Source: Piromyces finnis finn (Eukaryota > Fungi > Neocallimastigomycota). From it: DNA of 64,000 nucleotides. The number at the start of each line of letters is the position of its first letter. Positions within the stretch are counted from its first letter, which is position 1. This document shows positions 13,997 through 26,491 of the stretch, in pieces. A model generated the notes under the pieces. The model was not told the DNA's origin and did no database searches. It saw only the letters and a list, made by a program, of their open reading frames with translations. A program made the translations under genes and the position numbers. The stretch covers positions 1,054,001 to 1,118,000 of the forward strand of contig MCFH01000002.1 in NCBI GenBank assembly GCA_002104945.1, read 5' to 3'.

Positions 13997-15923
13997 CAAC
14001 AACAACAACAATAATAATATTGATAAAAAAATAGTAATAGATTAATTTAATTTTTTCTCTCTCTCCTTCTATCTTTTTTTTTTTAATTACATTTATTCCT
14101 AATAATTATATTTATTTGAAATGATAACAACTACCTTTTAAAAAATTAATTAATAAACAAAACTAATAATATTTATTCAAATATATATCAATCAATGGAT
14201 TATAAATATTTATTTTAATTAAAAAAGCTAATATGTTCAGAGCTCAACACTCCTCTGAACATGCTGTAGAAGCATTTATGAAAGCTGCCGAAGCTCATAA
14301 GAATTCTAATTCGTAAATATTGAAACTATATTATATATTTTATTAATAAATTATAAAAATAAAAAAATTTTAAAACTTATTTCTTATCTTTTAATTTTTA
14401 TTATAGTATGTATTTAGCTGCTAAATGTTCAGAAACTGCTGCTTCAATTTTAGAAAAAGATAATAAGGTTGAAGAATCATGCAGAAATTATGAATTAGCA
14501 AGTCAAGAATACTTTATGGGTAATAGTCCAGATAGAGCTGCTGCTATGTTATTTAATGCTGCAAAGTATGTTTAAAAAAAGATTTTTTTTATTAAAAATA
14601 TTAAAACAAAATAATAATTACTATTAATAATAATAATTTAATTTTATGAAACATTTTTTATTTTACTTTAAATTTTGAAAATTTAAAGGGCTATAGAAAG
14701 AAGTAGTGTTGAAAGAGCAGTTGGCTTCTACAAAAGAGCTTTAGAAACTGTTGATGATGGTGAATCAAGATTAAGTTACGATACCTATAAAAAAGTTATT
14801 ATTGCTCTCATAAAACTTAGAGTGTATGCTGTTAATAAAAAAATAATATAATATATTTAGATAAGAATTATTTTTTCAATTTTATATTTTATAATCTAGA
14901 ATTTATATAAAACCTTAAAATACTAATGTATCTATATATATTTTTTAATATTATTTATTAATTATTGATTAGTATTAATGAAGCTATTGATGTTGCCATG
15001 AAATTAAATTCTATTTATATTGAAAAAAGACATGATAATGCTTTATTTAAAAATGAATTAACTATTATTATTTTACTTCTTTTCAATGATAAATTTTCTG
15101 TTGCTGAAGATTTCTTTAATATTTTCTGCGGGTAAAATAAATAAATAAATAAATAAATACCATTATTATTACTATAGATATTTAAAATAATCATAGTAAT
15201 AGTGATGATAATAAAAATATATTAGTATATTAGTATTCATTATTAAATATTAATTTAATTTTTAAAAAATTAAATTAAATATAGTGAAAAGAATGATCAA
15301 AATGGAACCAATTATTCTGACTTTGGGTAAATATGAAAAACATAATTAAATTTTCTTTAAAATAATAATATAAAAAATTAATATAAATCAAATTATTTAT
15401 TTAAATATTAAAATACAGTAATAAATTTTTAAATTCTGAAGAAGGTATTACTGCAGATGATATGCTCAATGCTTATGCTAATAATGATGCTGAATTAATG
15501 AATAAAAGTACTACTAAATTCTGTGTTAAATATCTTGATAATGAAGTATGATTAAATTCATTTACTAATATTAAAAATTATATACAATACATCATTTTTT
15601 GTAAATATAAATATCTTCTTTTTTTTTTTTTTTTTTACTATTATTATTTAAATGTTTATTAATAAATATATAACTATTATTATTTTTTTTAATAGGTAGT
15701 AAAGATTGCTAGAGAATTAAGAGCAAAAGTTAATAGCGGTCAAGCTCAATACCCTAATAATAATAATAATGATTTCGATTTAACTGGTGGTGGAAATGTT
15801 AATAATAATGACATTAATTTAGGTAGTGGTAACTTTGATCTTGGTGGAAATAATAGTAATAATTTTGGTAATGGAAATATGAATGGTGGTTATAATGATG
15901 ATGGTGGTTTCGATTTGTGTTAG
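12949..15923 (+). CDS. NAPG: gamma-SNAP (gamma-soluble NSF attachment protein), 10 exons, 352 aa by my model
   Basis: Exons 12949-12970, 13216-13240, 13809-13885, 14228-14312, 14407-14565, 14689-14823, 14973-15131, 15285-15326, 15419-15545 and 15696-15923 are all GT-AG and join in frame (1059 nt). Translation MDLSEAFKKIKEAEKY...FFKKSPEWAEAAHCYETA...SPDRAAAML...KYLDNEVVKIAREL...GGFDLC* follows gamma-SNAP (KPDYDSAASEY, GTPDTAAMAL, KYMDNDYAKL, terminal GGLC) rather than alpha-SNAP/Sec17. Confidence 0.88.
13923..14018. repeat. Compound (AAT)n(AAC)n microsatellite in gamma-SNAP intron 3
   Basis: Read directly. Confidence 0.95.
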
Positions 15924-16445
15924 AATAAAAATATATATTATTAATAAAAATATATATTTTTTTCAAAAATAATGAAAGAAGTATTATTTATTTATATATA
16001 AAAATAATCAAGCAAATTAATTGGTAATTAGAGTAGAAAAAATAAAAATAAAAATAAAGATATAAAATAAATTGTTAAAATCAAATAAAATAAAACTAAT
16101 AAAATATCTATCCAACTATTATCCATCTATTATTATTATAGAGATTTTCTTTAATTACCATTAATAATTATCTATTTATAATTTTTTTTCATAATAATAG
16201 TATGTAATAAGAACAATAACAAAACATTGAATAATAAGCAGAATAAAATAAAATAAATTAAAATTTAAAAAAATAAAAATAAAAAAATTAATATTTTATC
16301 CATTAGATTAAATTTCTATATAAATGAAGTGTATATAGATAATTTTTAAAGTGTTTTATTTATATTTAATATGGGGGTATATTTAATGAAGGTAGGCACT
16401 TAATATTAATTATGCCATATAAGTCTATACCTATATCTATATTTT

Positions 16446-19400
16446 TTATTTGTCATTATAAAAACCACTTTCTAATTGTACTTGACGTAATGCTTCTTCA
16501 TAAGAAAGTGTTGGTTTTCTATGTTCTTCAATATACTATGAATTAATTAACAATTAACGTTAATAATTATATAGAAATAAATTATTAAATTAAAATATTA
16601 TATATTTGTTAAATGTTTTAACTTACTCGTTTCGTTTCTTCTAAGGTTGTGTATTGTTTTAAATTAGACCATCCTAATTTATTAATTTCTTCAGTTTGTT
16701 CTTTACTTATTGAAATAAACTTTTCTATTTGATTTACTTGTCGTTTCATCATTCGATTTAACATAATAATATTAGGTTTATACAGTTCTTTGAATACTAT
16801 ATACAGCATCAACAAAATTATTTTTTATATTTTATATCATATATAAAATAATAATAATAATAATAATAATATAAAGTTAATAATATATTTTTATAAATAT
16901 ATATATATAGCTGTTAACATTTATATTATAAATTAAATATTATAAAATTTGTTTAGTATACATGAATAAAATTTCTTTTGCTCTTTATTATTTTTTGAAA
17001 GAATGGTACTATTTAGAAGATAGTTGATTAAGTCATTATCATTTTTATAGTCTTCAGATTCAGAAGAATCACTTGATTCATAATAGTCTGATTTTAAATG
17101 TTTTTTCTTTTTATCATAAAGCGAATAAATTGAGGAGGATTGGGTAGGTGAAGAAGACTGGGAAGAATATAATATTTTATATAATTCTTTATCTAATGAA
17201 GAATGACTAGAAAGATCTGAATCAAAATGATTATCTTTATTTTTTTGATTTTCTTTTAAAGTTTCTTGCAAATCTTTAATAATTTCATCATTTACTAGTC
17301 GTGAAGGAGTTTGAGTTCGTATTGGACTAGAATTTCTTTTTGAAAAATCTTTATTACATTGATTATGAAGACAACTATCATTTTCTTTATCTGAGGAGGA
17401 AGTAGAGGTTGAGGTGGAATTTATTAAATGTAAATAATTGTCTTTTAGGGCATGTTTTAATTCATTATATTTCTTTTTATATTTATTTTCTGATTTATTA
17501 GAATCCATACTTGTTTCCCGTTTCTTATATAAAGCTTTAATTTTATTGATTTTTTCCTGGTTTCTTTTTGATCTGTTTTCTTTTTTATTATGAGTTAGAC
17601 TTGATTGATCATTATCATGGGAATAATGATGGGAATGATGTGATTTTTTTTGATTTTTCTTTCTAATGTTTTCTTTATATTCTTCTTTTCTTTGTTTCTG
17701 TCGTAATCGACAGCAATACTTACAATAACAATGAGAACTATAATGATGCTTTTTATTGTTATTATACATATCTAATGAATTATCAGGATCACTACTACTA
17801 CTTACACTATAATAATGATTAGACCTAGACTTGATGTGAGGATTATGACGATGAGAAGAAGAATGATGGTGATGATGATGAGGATCATTTTCTAATACAG
17901 ATTGTGTTAAACGAGATGGACGAAGTTTGATTGGTTTTTGTAAAGATGAAGTTGAGAAACCATAGGATGGAGTATTTGCAAAATAATTATTATGCATAGG
18001 ACAACTTAGAGGTGGTGTCATTATTACATAAGGTATTTGCTGTGGAGGAGGAGGAGGATAATAAGATGGATAAGGATATGAATAATAATTATTAGGTTGA
18101 GCAGATGGTGGTGGTGGTGGTGGTGGATATGTAGTATTATATGGTGGTGAATAGTTTGAAGATTGCGTTGAGGGTTGATATGCAGATTGATTTAATTGTT
18201 TACTTTCTTTATTATCTAGAATAGGTAATTCCTTTTTATTATCGTTGGCATTTCCGTCCATATTTTTTTGATAAATTATACTAAGAAGTTTTAAAAGTTC
18301 ATTTTCCTTATTTTGATTTTCTTTATTTATTTCATTAGAAGAAACATTTTTATGTTCAAAATTTTCTTCTTTTATCTCATTATCTTTTATTTCTGAATTT
18401 CTTTTAGAACTTTCCTTTGGATAAGGTTTGTCATTCTTTTCATTAATATCAACAATAACAATGTTTGATTCATCATTTTTCAATGCATCATCATTATTAC
18501 TTATATTTTCAATATTTTCATTGTCATCTTCCTCTACCTTTTCAAATGTATCATTATCATAATACATGGTATTAATTTCTTTATCTTCGACATCATTTTC
18601 GTTTTCTTCTGATATATTAGAAACACTATATAGAATGTTACTTTTAAAATGATCATCACTATAATTATTATTACTTTCTTCTTCTTCCTCTTCTTTAATA
18701 ACTTCATTTTGAACATTTGAGTAAGAGTGATCGGAAGAAATAATTTTCTTTTCATATTCATCTTGCATACTTGCCTCATTAATAGATATATCTTCTTTGA
18801 TTTCATTGCTAATACTCGATTCATTATTAGAAATATCTTCCTCAATTTCCTCAATAGATTCTGTTTTATTATCTTCTTCAATTTCTTCATCTATTTCTTC
18901 AAAATTACTATCATCATAATTATTTTCTTCTTCAATTTCTTCCTCCTCTTCTTCTTCCTCTTCCTCTTCCACATCTTCTTCTTCTTCTTCCTCATCGATA
19001 TCATCATCAATATTATTTTCACTATCTAGATCTTTTAGTGATTCACTGATAAAAGAATTTTGATTATTAATTTCATTTTCATTATTATTTTCGTATTTAT
19101 CTTCTATTTGTACTGGTGATTCTTGATCTTGATCCTTAATGAATGCAATATTATTATCACGCCGCAATGTTGTAAAGTCAGATGAATTGCTATTATTATT
19201 ACTAAGATTATTTGTACTATTAATATTTGAACTACCGCTGCTACTTATTATTGGATTGCTACTACTGTAAATAATGTTACTGCTACCGTTATTTATATTA
19301 CTACCACTAATAATGTCATTATTTGATTGGTAAACTGACTTGTTTTCACTTTCACTTTGCTCTTCTTTTGATTTTTCTGATTCTTCACTATCGTTTTCTT

Positions 19401-20325
19401 CTTTATCTTCTTCATCTTTTATTTTATCATCTTTTAGAATATCTTTAGATGATATAAATGCGTCAAAATCATCTCCAATAGAACTTCCCTCTGAATTATC
19501 TATTAAAAGTGGATTCATACTACCCTTTTTTGTATATTTCGATGCATGTTGTAAGAGTTTTGATTTTGGTTTTGTAATGATAAATTCCGGATTTTGAGTT
19601 TTAATTGTCGGTGCTTCTTTTAAATACGCATTACTTACTTTTATGTCTAAGTTAGAATTATTATCTTGTTTAAATAAGGATCCTTTACTAGAAAAAACTG
19701 ATGTGGCAGAACTAATTTTACTTTTTAGAAATACACCAGTATTATATATTTTATCATTTTCATTATCTTCTACGCCATTATTACCATCTAATTCAAAATC
19801 CAGTAAATCATCATCATCATCATCAGACATTTGAAAAGTTGCTTTTTCTCCATTATTATTATCATTATCCAAATAGTTTTTTTTCATAATTTCCTTTTTT
19901 TCATCTAATTTTTTTAAATACGATTTTAATTCATTGTCTCCACCATCATTAAATTCTTCATTAAATTCCATTTCTAATTCTAATTCTTCATCATCATAAT
20001 CATCATCTTCATATGTAAATTCCTCATTATCATTATTTATATTAGATAGTAATTTTGAAGTGACCGAGGAAATTCCAAAATCAAAATTGGAACCTCCATT
20101 ATTATTCTTTTTTTTGTTCGATAGTTCACTTTTTATTCCATTTTTATTTATTTTATTTTTTGAATTTTTTAAATAAGAGCTACCAAAATTACTTGAACCA
20201 ATTTTTCCTGATCCTTTTTTACCATATTCTAAACTATCCTCATCATCATCATAATCATAATTATATGAACTTTTTAATAAACTTCCCCTTTTATTAGTGT
20301 TAAAATAATCATTTTTCAAATACAT
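16446..20325 (-). CDS. C19orf44: C19orf44/DUF4614-like protein, 3 exons, 1207 aa by my model; mostly low-complexity with a conserved C-terminal domain
   Basis: Exons 20325-16962, 16796-16627 and 16535-16446 join in frame (3624 nt). The C-terminus PNIIMLNRMMKRQVNQIEKFI...QYTTLEETKRYIEEHRKPTLSYEEALRQV aligns by eye with the human C19orf44 end (PAVLAL..LKQQLSLTQQFI...[29 protein letters not shown], from memory). Confidence 0.75.
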
Positions 20326-20514
20326 TTAGAGAATATATATTATAATTTTAACAATAATGATTTTATATTATATTTTGTTATGTTATATATAAATATATAA
20401 ACAATTATAATTATTGATTATAATAATAATAATGATAATAATTATTATTTTATAAAAAAAAGTTTATTTGATAAAATAAAAACAATTATAAATGTATGAG
20501 AATGTAATATATAT

Positions 20515-20527
20515 TATTACGCAGCAG
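20515..20527 (+). promoter_or_regulatory. Candidate cis-element TATTACGCAGCAG, copy 1
   Basis: Exact 13-mer also present as reverse complement at 47101-47113. It lies in the divergent C19orf44-like/DnaJ intergenic region, 189 nt from the C19orf44-like ATG. Confidence 0.5.
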
Positions 20528-21057
20528 TAAAAATAAAATTATAAATAAAAAATTGTAATTTATAATTATTTAGTATATGAAAATTTAATATCTGAGTTAT
20601 AATTTTTTTTGTTAAAATTTTGATTGATTTACCAAAAGAAATAAAATATATAAAAAAATGTCTAAATTGTTTAAAATTATATTTTTACTTTTATGTTAAA
20701 AAAAAAAAAAAGAGAAAAATAAAACAATAATATATTTAACATATATAAGTATGAATATAATTAATGTAATATTAATTATATTATAATTTATTTTTTATAA
20801 TTTTTTTTTATTATAATGAATTATTTTTCTTTTAATTTAATTAAAATTTATGATTTAATAAATTTTAATATTTTAAATTATAATATTTATTAGTTGAATG
20901 TTTTTTTTTTTTTATCATTATTATTTTATTTTTAAATAAAACTAAACAATTTTTCTTTCTTTCATTTTCTGTTTTTGAATATACCACTATAGTTATTTAA
21001 TATATATAATCTAAAATAAATTTAAAATAAATTTAAAATATCATTAAATAATATAAA

Positions 21058-23062
21058 ATGAAATATTTTAAAGGAGCTGTAACATTTATACTTTTTGCAC
21101 TACTCATATTATCTGTATATGCGGAAGACTATTATGATACTTTACATGTAAAGAGACATGCCTCCAAACAAGAAATAAGAAAATCATATAAGAAATTATC
21201 ACGGTAATGATAAAATAATATTTCTACGATTTATAATTAAAATTGAAATACTAATAAATATTATTACTATTACTATTTCAATAGAAAATACCATCCTGAT
21301 AAAAATCCGGGAAATAAAGAAGCTGAAGAAAAATTTTTAAAAATTACTGAAGGTTAATACTTATAGAAATTAAAATGCCACTTAAATTAATTTTTATATT
21401 TTATAAAAATAATTTTACAATATTCATATATTTAATATATTTAATATATTTATACTTGAAATGATAGCATATGAAGTTTTAATGGATGATGAAAAGAGAA
21501 ACATCTATAATAAATTTGGAAAAGAAGGTTTAAAAAATAGAAATGAACAAAGGGGAAACCCATTTAATTTTTTCAATAAGTAATTATATATAATTATTAA
21601 ATATATTTAATAATAATATTTTACTTTATAAATATAATTAAAAATCATGAATATTAATAGAACCATATTAAATATCTAATATATTTTATATATAAATAAT
21701 ATAATACAGTTTCAATCATGGTAATAATAATATCAAGCAATTAAAAATTACATATATTATATATATTAAATCTTATTTATATATTATATATCATATAAAA
21801 ATTATTTTTCAACAAAAAACAGATCATGAAGAGGAAAAAAAAGGACCATCAATTAAAATAGATGTAGCTGTAACATTAAAAGAATTATATTTGGGAGCAA
21901 CAATTGATGTGAATATACCAAAATTTAATATTGAATGAATTTTAAAAATATTAATATAAATATATTTATTCGATCATTTACAATAAAAAATCATTAATAT
22001 GTTTAAATATTTATAATAAAAAGGTCGATGTTAATAAAAGAATGATATGCCCACATTGTGGTGGAACTGGTGCCAATAGCTATGATGGATATAAAAAATG
22101 TCATATTTGTGGTGGTACTGGCCAAAAAAAGTTGCAATTTATGCTTGGTCCAGGTATCTTTCAACAAGTTCAAGCTGTGTATGTATATGAAATAATGAAA
22201 TTATATATTACGATTTAAAAAAATATGATTGCAATAATTTAATATTTAATATATATTATATCCTTATTAACTTATGCCATGCTAACATACTAATATTATA
22301 ACAATTGTTCAAAAATATAACGAATATTATTAAAAAAAATGATATTAATTTCAGTTGTGATGTATGTGGTGGAACTGGAAAAATCATTAAAGAAAAATGT
22401 GAAATATGTCATGGTGATAGAGTTATTAGAGGAAATGATATTGTTTCCTTTGTTGTTGAAAGAGGTATGAAGGATGGTGAAGAAATTGTTGTAGAAGAAG
22501 GAGCTGAACAAGCTCCGGATACTACACCGGGTGATTTAATTGTTAAACTTATAATGCAAGAAGATAAAATTTATACTAGAAAGGACGATGATTTATACAG
22601 AACTTTAGAAATTTCATTTGTTGAATCATTACTCGGTTTTCAAAGAGTAATTCATCATTTAGATAATCATGAAATTAATATTGAAAGATCTGGTATTACT
22701 AAACCAAGTAAATATTTATTAGAATATTTTTTTTACTAATATTATAATTATTTTTGATTATTTATATATATTAAAATTAAATTATAATATATATAAAATT
22801 ATTGAACAAATATTATTTATAAGACTTTGTAATAAAGATTCCATCTGAAGGTATGCCAAACAAAAGTGGTGATTTTGGTGATTTATATATTGAAATTATT
22901 GTTTTATATCCAGAAAGTTTAACAAAAGCTCAAGCTAATGGTAAAATAAAGAATTGTTATAATATAATATTATAATTATCTAAATAATATAAATATTAAT
23001 TTTTTTTTTTTTTTTTTAAAAAAAAATATCTAGTTATTGAAGCAAATTTCAAAAAAGAATAA
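21058..23062 (+). CDS. SCJ1: ER-luminal class A DnaJ co-chaperone (Scj1/ERdj3-like)
   Basis: Signal peptide MKYFKGAVTFILFALLILSVYA, J-domain with HPD (KYHPDKNPG), four CxxCxGxG-type zinc motifs (CPHCGGTG, CHICGGTG, CDVCGGTG, CEICHGDR) and a C-terminal substrate domain (PGDLIV, GDLYIEI). Multi-exon, including an 11-nt exon at 21710-21720; ends NFKKE*. Confidence 0.9.
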
Positions 23063-23469
23063 ATGATTTAGTATCAAATATATATAATAAATTTATAAAT
23101 TAGAATAACAATTATATAAATTGTCAATTACTTTTTATTTTTACCAAAAGAAAAAAAAAACATTAATTATAATTATTATTATAATTAAGCAAATAAAACT
23201 AAAGAAAAATAAAAGAAAAATCTTTTTCATAGAATTCTAATTATGGTGTTATTACATAACTTATCATATGTTTTATTTTTTATAAATATATCTCAATATT
23301 ATAATATTAAAACCGTTTATTTATTAAATAAAAAGAAAAACGATATAAATAATTGTTTATTTTTTAATTATTCAATTTACATTATTTTAATAGATATTGA
23401 ATTATAAATTTATATCAGTTTTATGTAATGCAATTAACAAATTAAAGATAAATACATATTGTTTAGTGC

Positions 23470-25682
23470 TTATTCATTATCACTTTGACTTTCATTACCA
23501 CTGTTTTTCTCAAAACTATAAGGACATTCTAGATACTTATGAAACATAACATATTTATTCCAATTTTCTGATGAAGGATACATTTGAATTGCTATATTAT
23601 AATATTATATAAATATGTTAACGTAAATAAAATTTTTCATTTTTAATTATTAATTAAAAAGTAATTACATCTGCATTGTTCCCTTTTTTCTTTTAATTCT
23701 CCCCATCTAGATGGATGTGTATACCATGAACCATACTAATATTTATGTTTATAAATATAAAAAAGTTTTATTTTTAATATTTAATAATAAATAATAATAT
23801 ATATTAGTAATAATAAATGAGAATGTTATATATATGTTAAATGTACCTGGAATCTCTTTGTTGTACTATTAGTTTCTATAAATAAATAAAAATAACATAA
23901 TAAAAATTGAAAAATTGTTAATAAAATTTAAATTAAAAAACAATATAAATATTAAATTGTATTTACTAATTTTCTCCTTTTTATTGCGATTATCTAAATA
24001 TATTATTTTAAAAAGAATTCAGTATGTCGTAAAATATATATATAAAAGTATATTTTAAATAAAATTTATTATATGTAATTACTCTTTTTCTTATATTTTA
24101 TTTTATTTTTAGCCTGTTTAACTTTAGATATTTCAACTCCAAGATTATCTACAATTTTTTCAATATATTCACATGGTGTATTGTGTTCTTCAGTAACATG
24201 AATAGGCATTGGTGGTTTTGAATCAAGTACCATTAAACGACATGCATTTAATAAAATATCAAATTCATTGTAATTTTTATTCCTTTTACTTTTATTTTTT
24301 GTACTTTTGTCTTCTTCTGTCTTTTCTTCTTTTTCATCTTCTTTAATACAATTTATTGAAGGTAATGATAATCTGTAACTCTTTTTACCTTCAAATATAT
24401 TATGACCTGATCTTCCTAAATAATCTTCAAGTGGTTCAATTTGTTTTTTTGATAGGTTTTCATCAGTCCATTTTCTTAAATCATTACTAACTATTATTAT
24501 TTAATTTGGATTTAAGTTTATTTTAAATATTACATAAATTTTTTTGAATTATTTAAATTTTATATATTATTGTATAAAAAAAAAGAAAAAAGAAAAAGCG
24601 TAAAATTTATCAATATTAATAATTAGAATAATTATAATAGATAAATATCATTAAACTATAATTATTTTCAAAAAAAAAAAAAAAAAAAAAAAAAAAACAA
24701 CCTTGAATAATTTTCGTTACTGCTTTAGATTCTTTTTTAACAACATTCTTTTTACTTTTAGTACTTATTGTTTCAAGTTTTGGATTAATAAAACCAGAAT
24801 ATTTTTTTTGATATGATTCCTCCTCTTCTTCACTATTATTGCTATTTATATCATTTTGACTTTCTAATTTTGAATCATCATTTATTAATGTATTGGAGAA
24901 TGTTTTGGTAACTGAATTTTTCGATAAATTTGCATTCTTCTCTATATAAATTCAAAATATGTTATATTAATAAATTTTTATTTGTTATTTAAAATAAATA
25001 GATAATCACCTTCTGTTAGAGATGGCACTACAAAATTATTTGCTATATGCGAAATAGTTGAGTATTTTCTTCGAGAAGGAATACTTTTTTCATCTGGATT
25101 TTCTACTTTGATTAAATGTGAGTATTTTGGATATTTTTTTACTAATATTTTTGAAACTTCATATTTTACTTCTGGTTCAATATCCTCAAAACTTTCAAAC
25201 TATAGTATTTATTTAAAATAATAATGTTATATTAACACATTTGTCTTTTGACTTTTATATAAAGTAAATAACGATTTATTATTATTTTAATTTAAAAAAC
25301 TATATGTATAAATTTAATATCATTTATTACATTCTTTAAAAAAAATTGAAGTTCAATAGATTTTATATATTCTTCTCTTTGTTTAACTTGAAATATTTTC
25401 TTCTCTAAATAATCTTTTTCTTCTAATGATCTTTTTATATTTTTATTTTCTAATTCCTGATATTCATCTTTTACTCTTTTCATTTTTTGTAGTGGTAATC
25501 CTCTTAATGTTATATTTATTCATTATATATATATATATATATTTTGATAATAATAATATTAAGGATTAATAAAATTTTATTGAAATCAAATAATTTTAGA
25601 TGCTTTACTTTTTCCCTGTAATATTTCTATAAAGCCATGGGCTTTTATTAACATAATCTTCTTTATTCAAATTCATTTTCAT
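23470..25682 (-). CDS. Uncharacterised multi-exon protein with a C-terminal RFQYGSWYTHPSRW motif (FAM47-like?)
   Basis: Nine GT-AG exons join in frame from ATG 25682 (MKMNLNKEDYVNKSPWLYRNITGK) to TAA 23470. Family assignment is weak and rests on a single motif. Confidence 0.7.
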
Positions 25683-26491
25683 TTTGAAAATTTATTGTAA
25701 TTATCAATTTAATATTTTTATTAAATAAAATTATATTATTAACTTTTATATTTTATAAATTTCGATTTTAATAAATTATTAACTTTAATTTTTTTCATTA
25801 AATATAAAGAAATGATGTCAAATGTTACATTTTTATATTATTATTATTATTATTAGATATTTTTTTTTATAATAAAACACATTTTTAGAATTCTAATGAA
25901 ATCCTAATAACCTATAAATAATATGATTTAACCATTTAAAATAAATTTAAAAATAACCATAGTTTATATATATATTTTCTATCAAAATCTTTTTATTAAA
26001 GTTTTCATAAAGGTAGTATGGGTGGGATAAAAATTTGGAAAAACATTTAAAGATTTGATAAAGTATATATTGGAGACATTAATACTTTAAAATTAAAGAT
26101 CATATTTTATTAAACGAAATATTATAATATTAGTTTTAATAATGAAAAAAAATGATTTCTTCTTTTAAATACATGAATAAAAATACATAAATTAAGGTTA
26201 TCTGGATTAAAATATTATTTTGACATTTTTCAATTCAATATTTTCATTATAGATTTAAATAAAATCATTAATCATTCATCAAAAAGATATATATAGTTAC
26301 ATTTTAATTTTTTAATTTTTTTTTTTTTTTAGACTAGGAAGAGAATACACTTCTTTTATTTACTTATTTAATTTGTGATATTATATAATATTAGATGATA
26401 ATACATATTGATATAATAAATAATAAATAAAAATAATAAAATATATATAAATAAAAATATAAATATAAAATAGTATAAAATAATTATTTAA

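Noticed and set aside
6200-19834. Short antisense or alternate-frame ORFs inside the RhoGEF and C19orf44-like genes
   Set aside because: Shadow ORFs of long low-complexity coding exons; no independent features.
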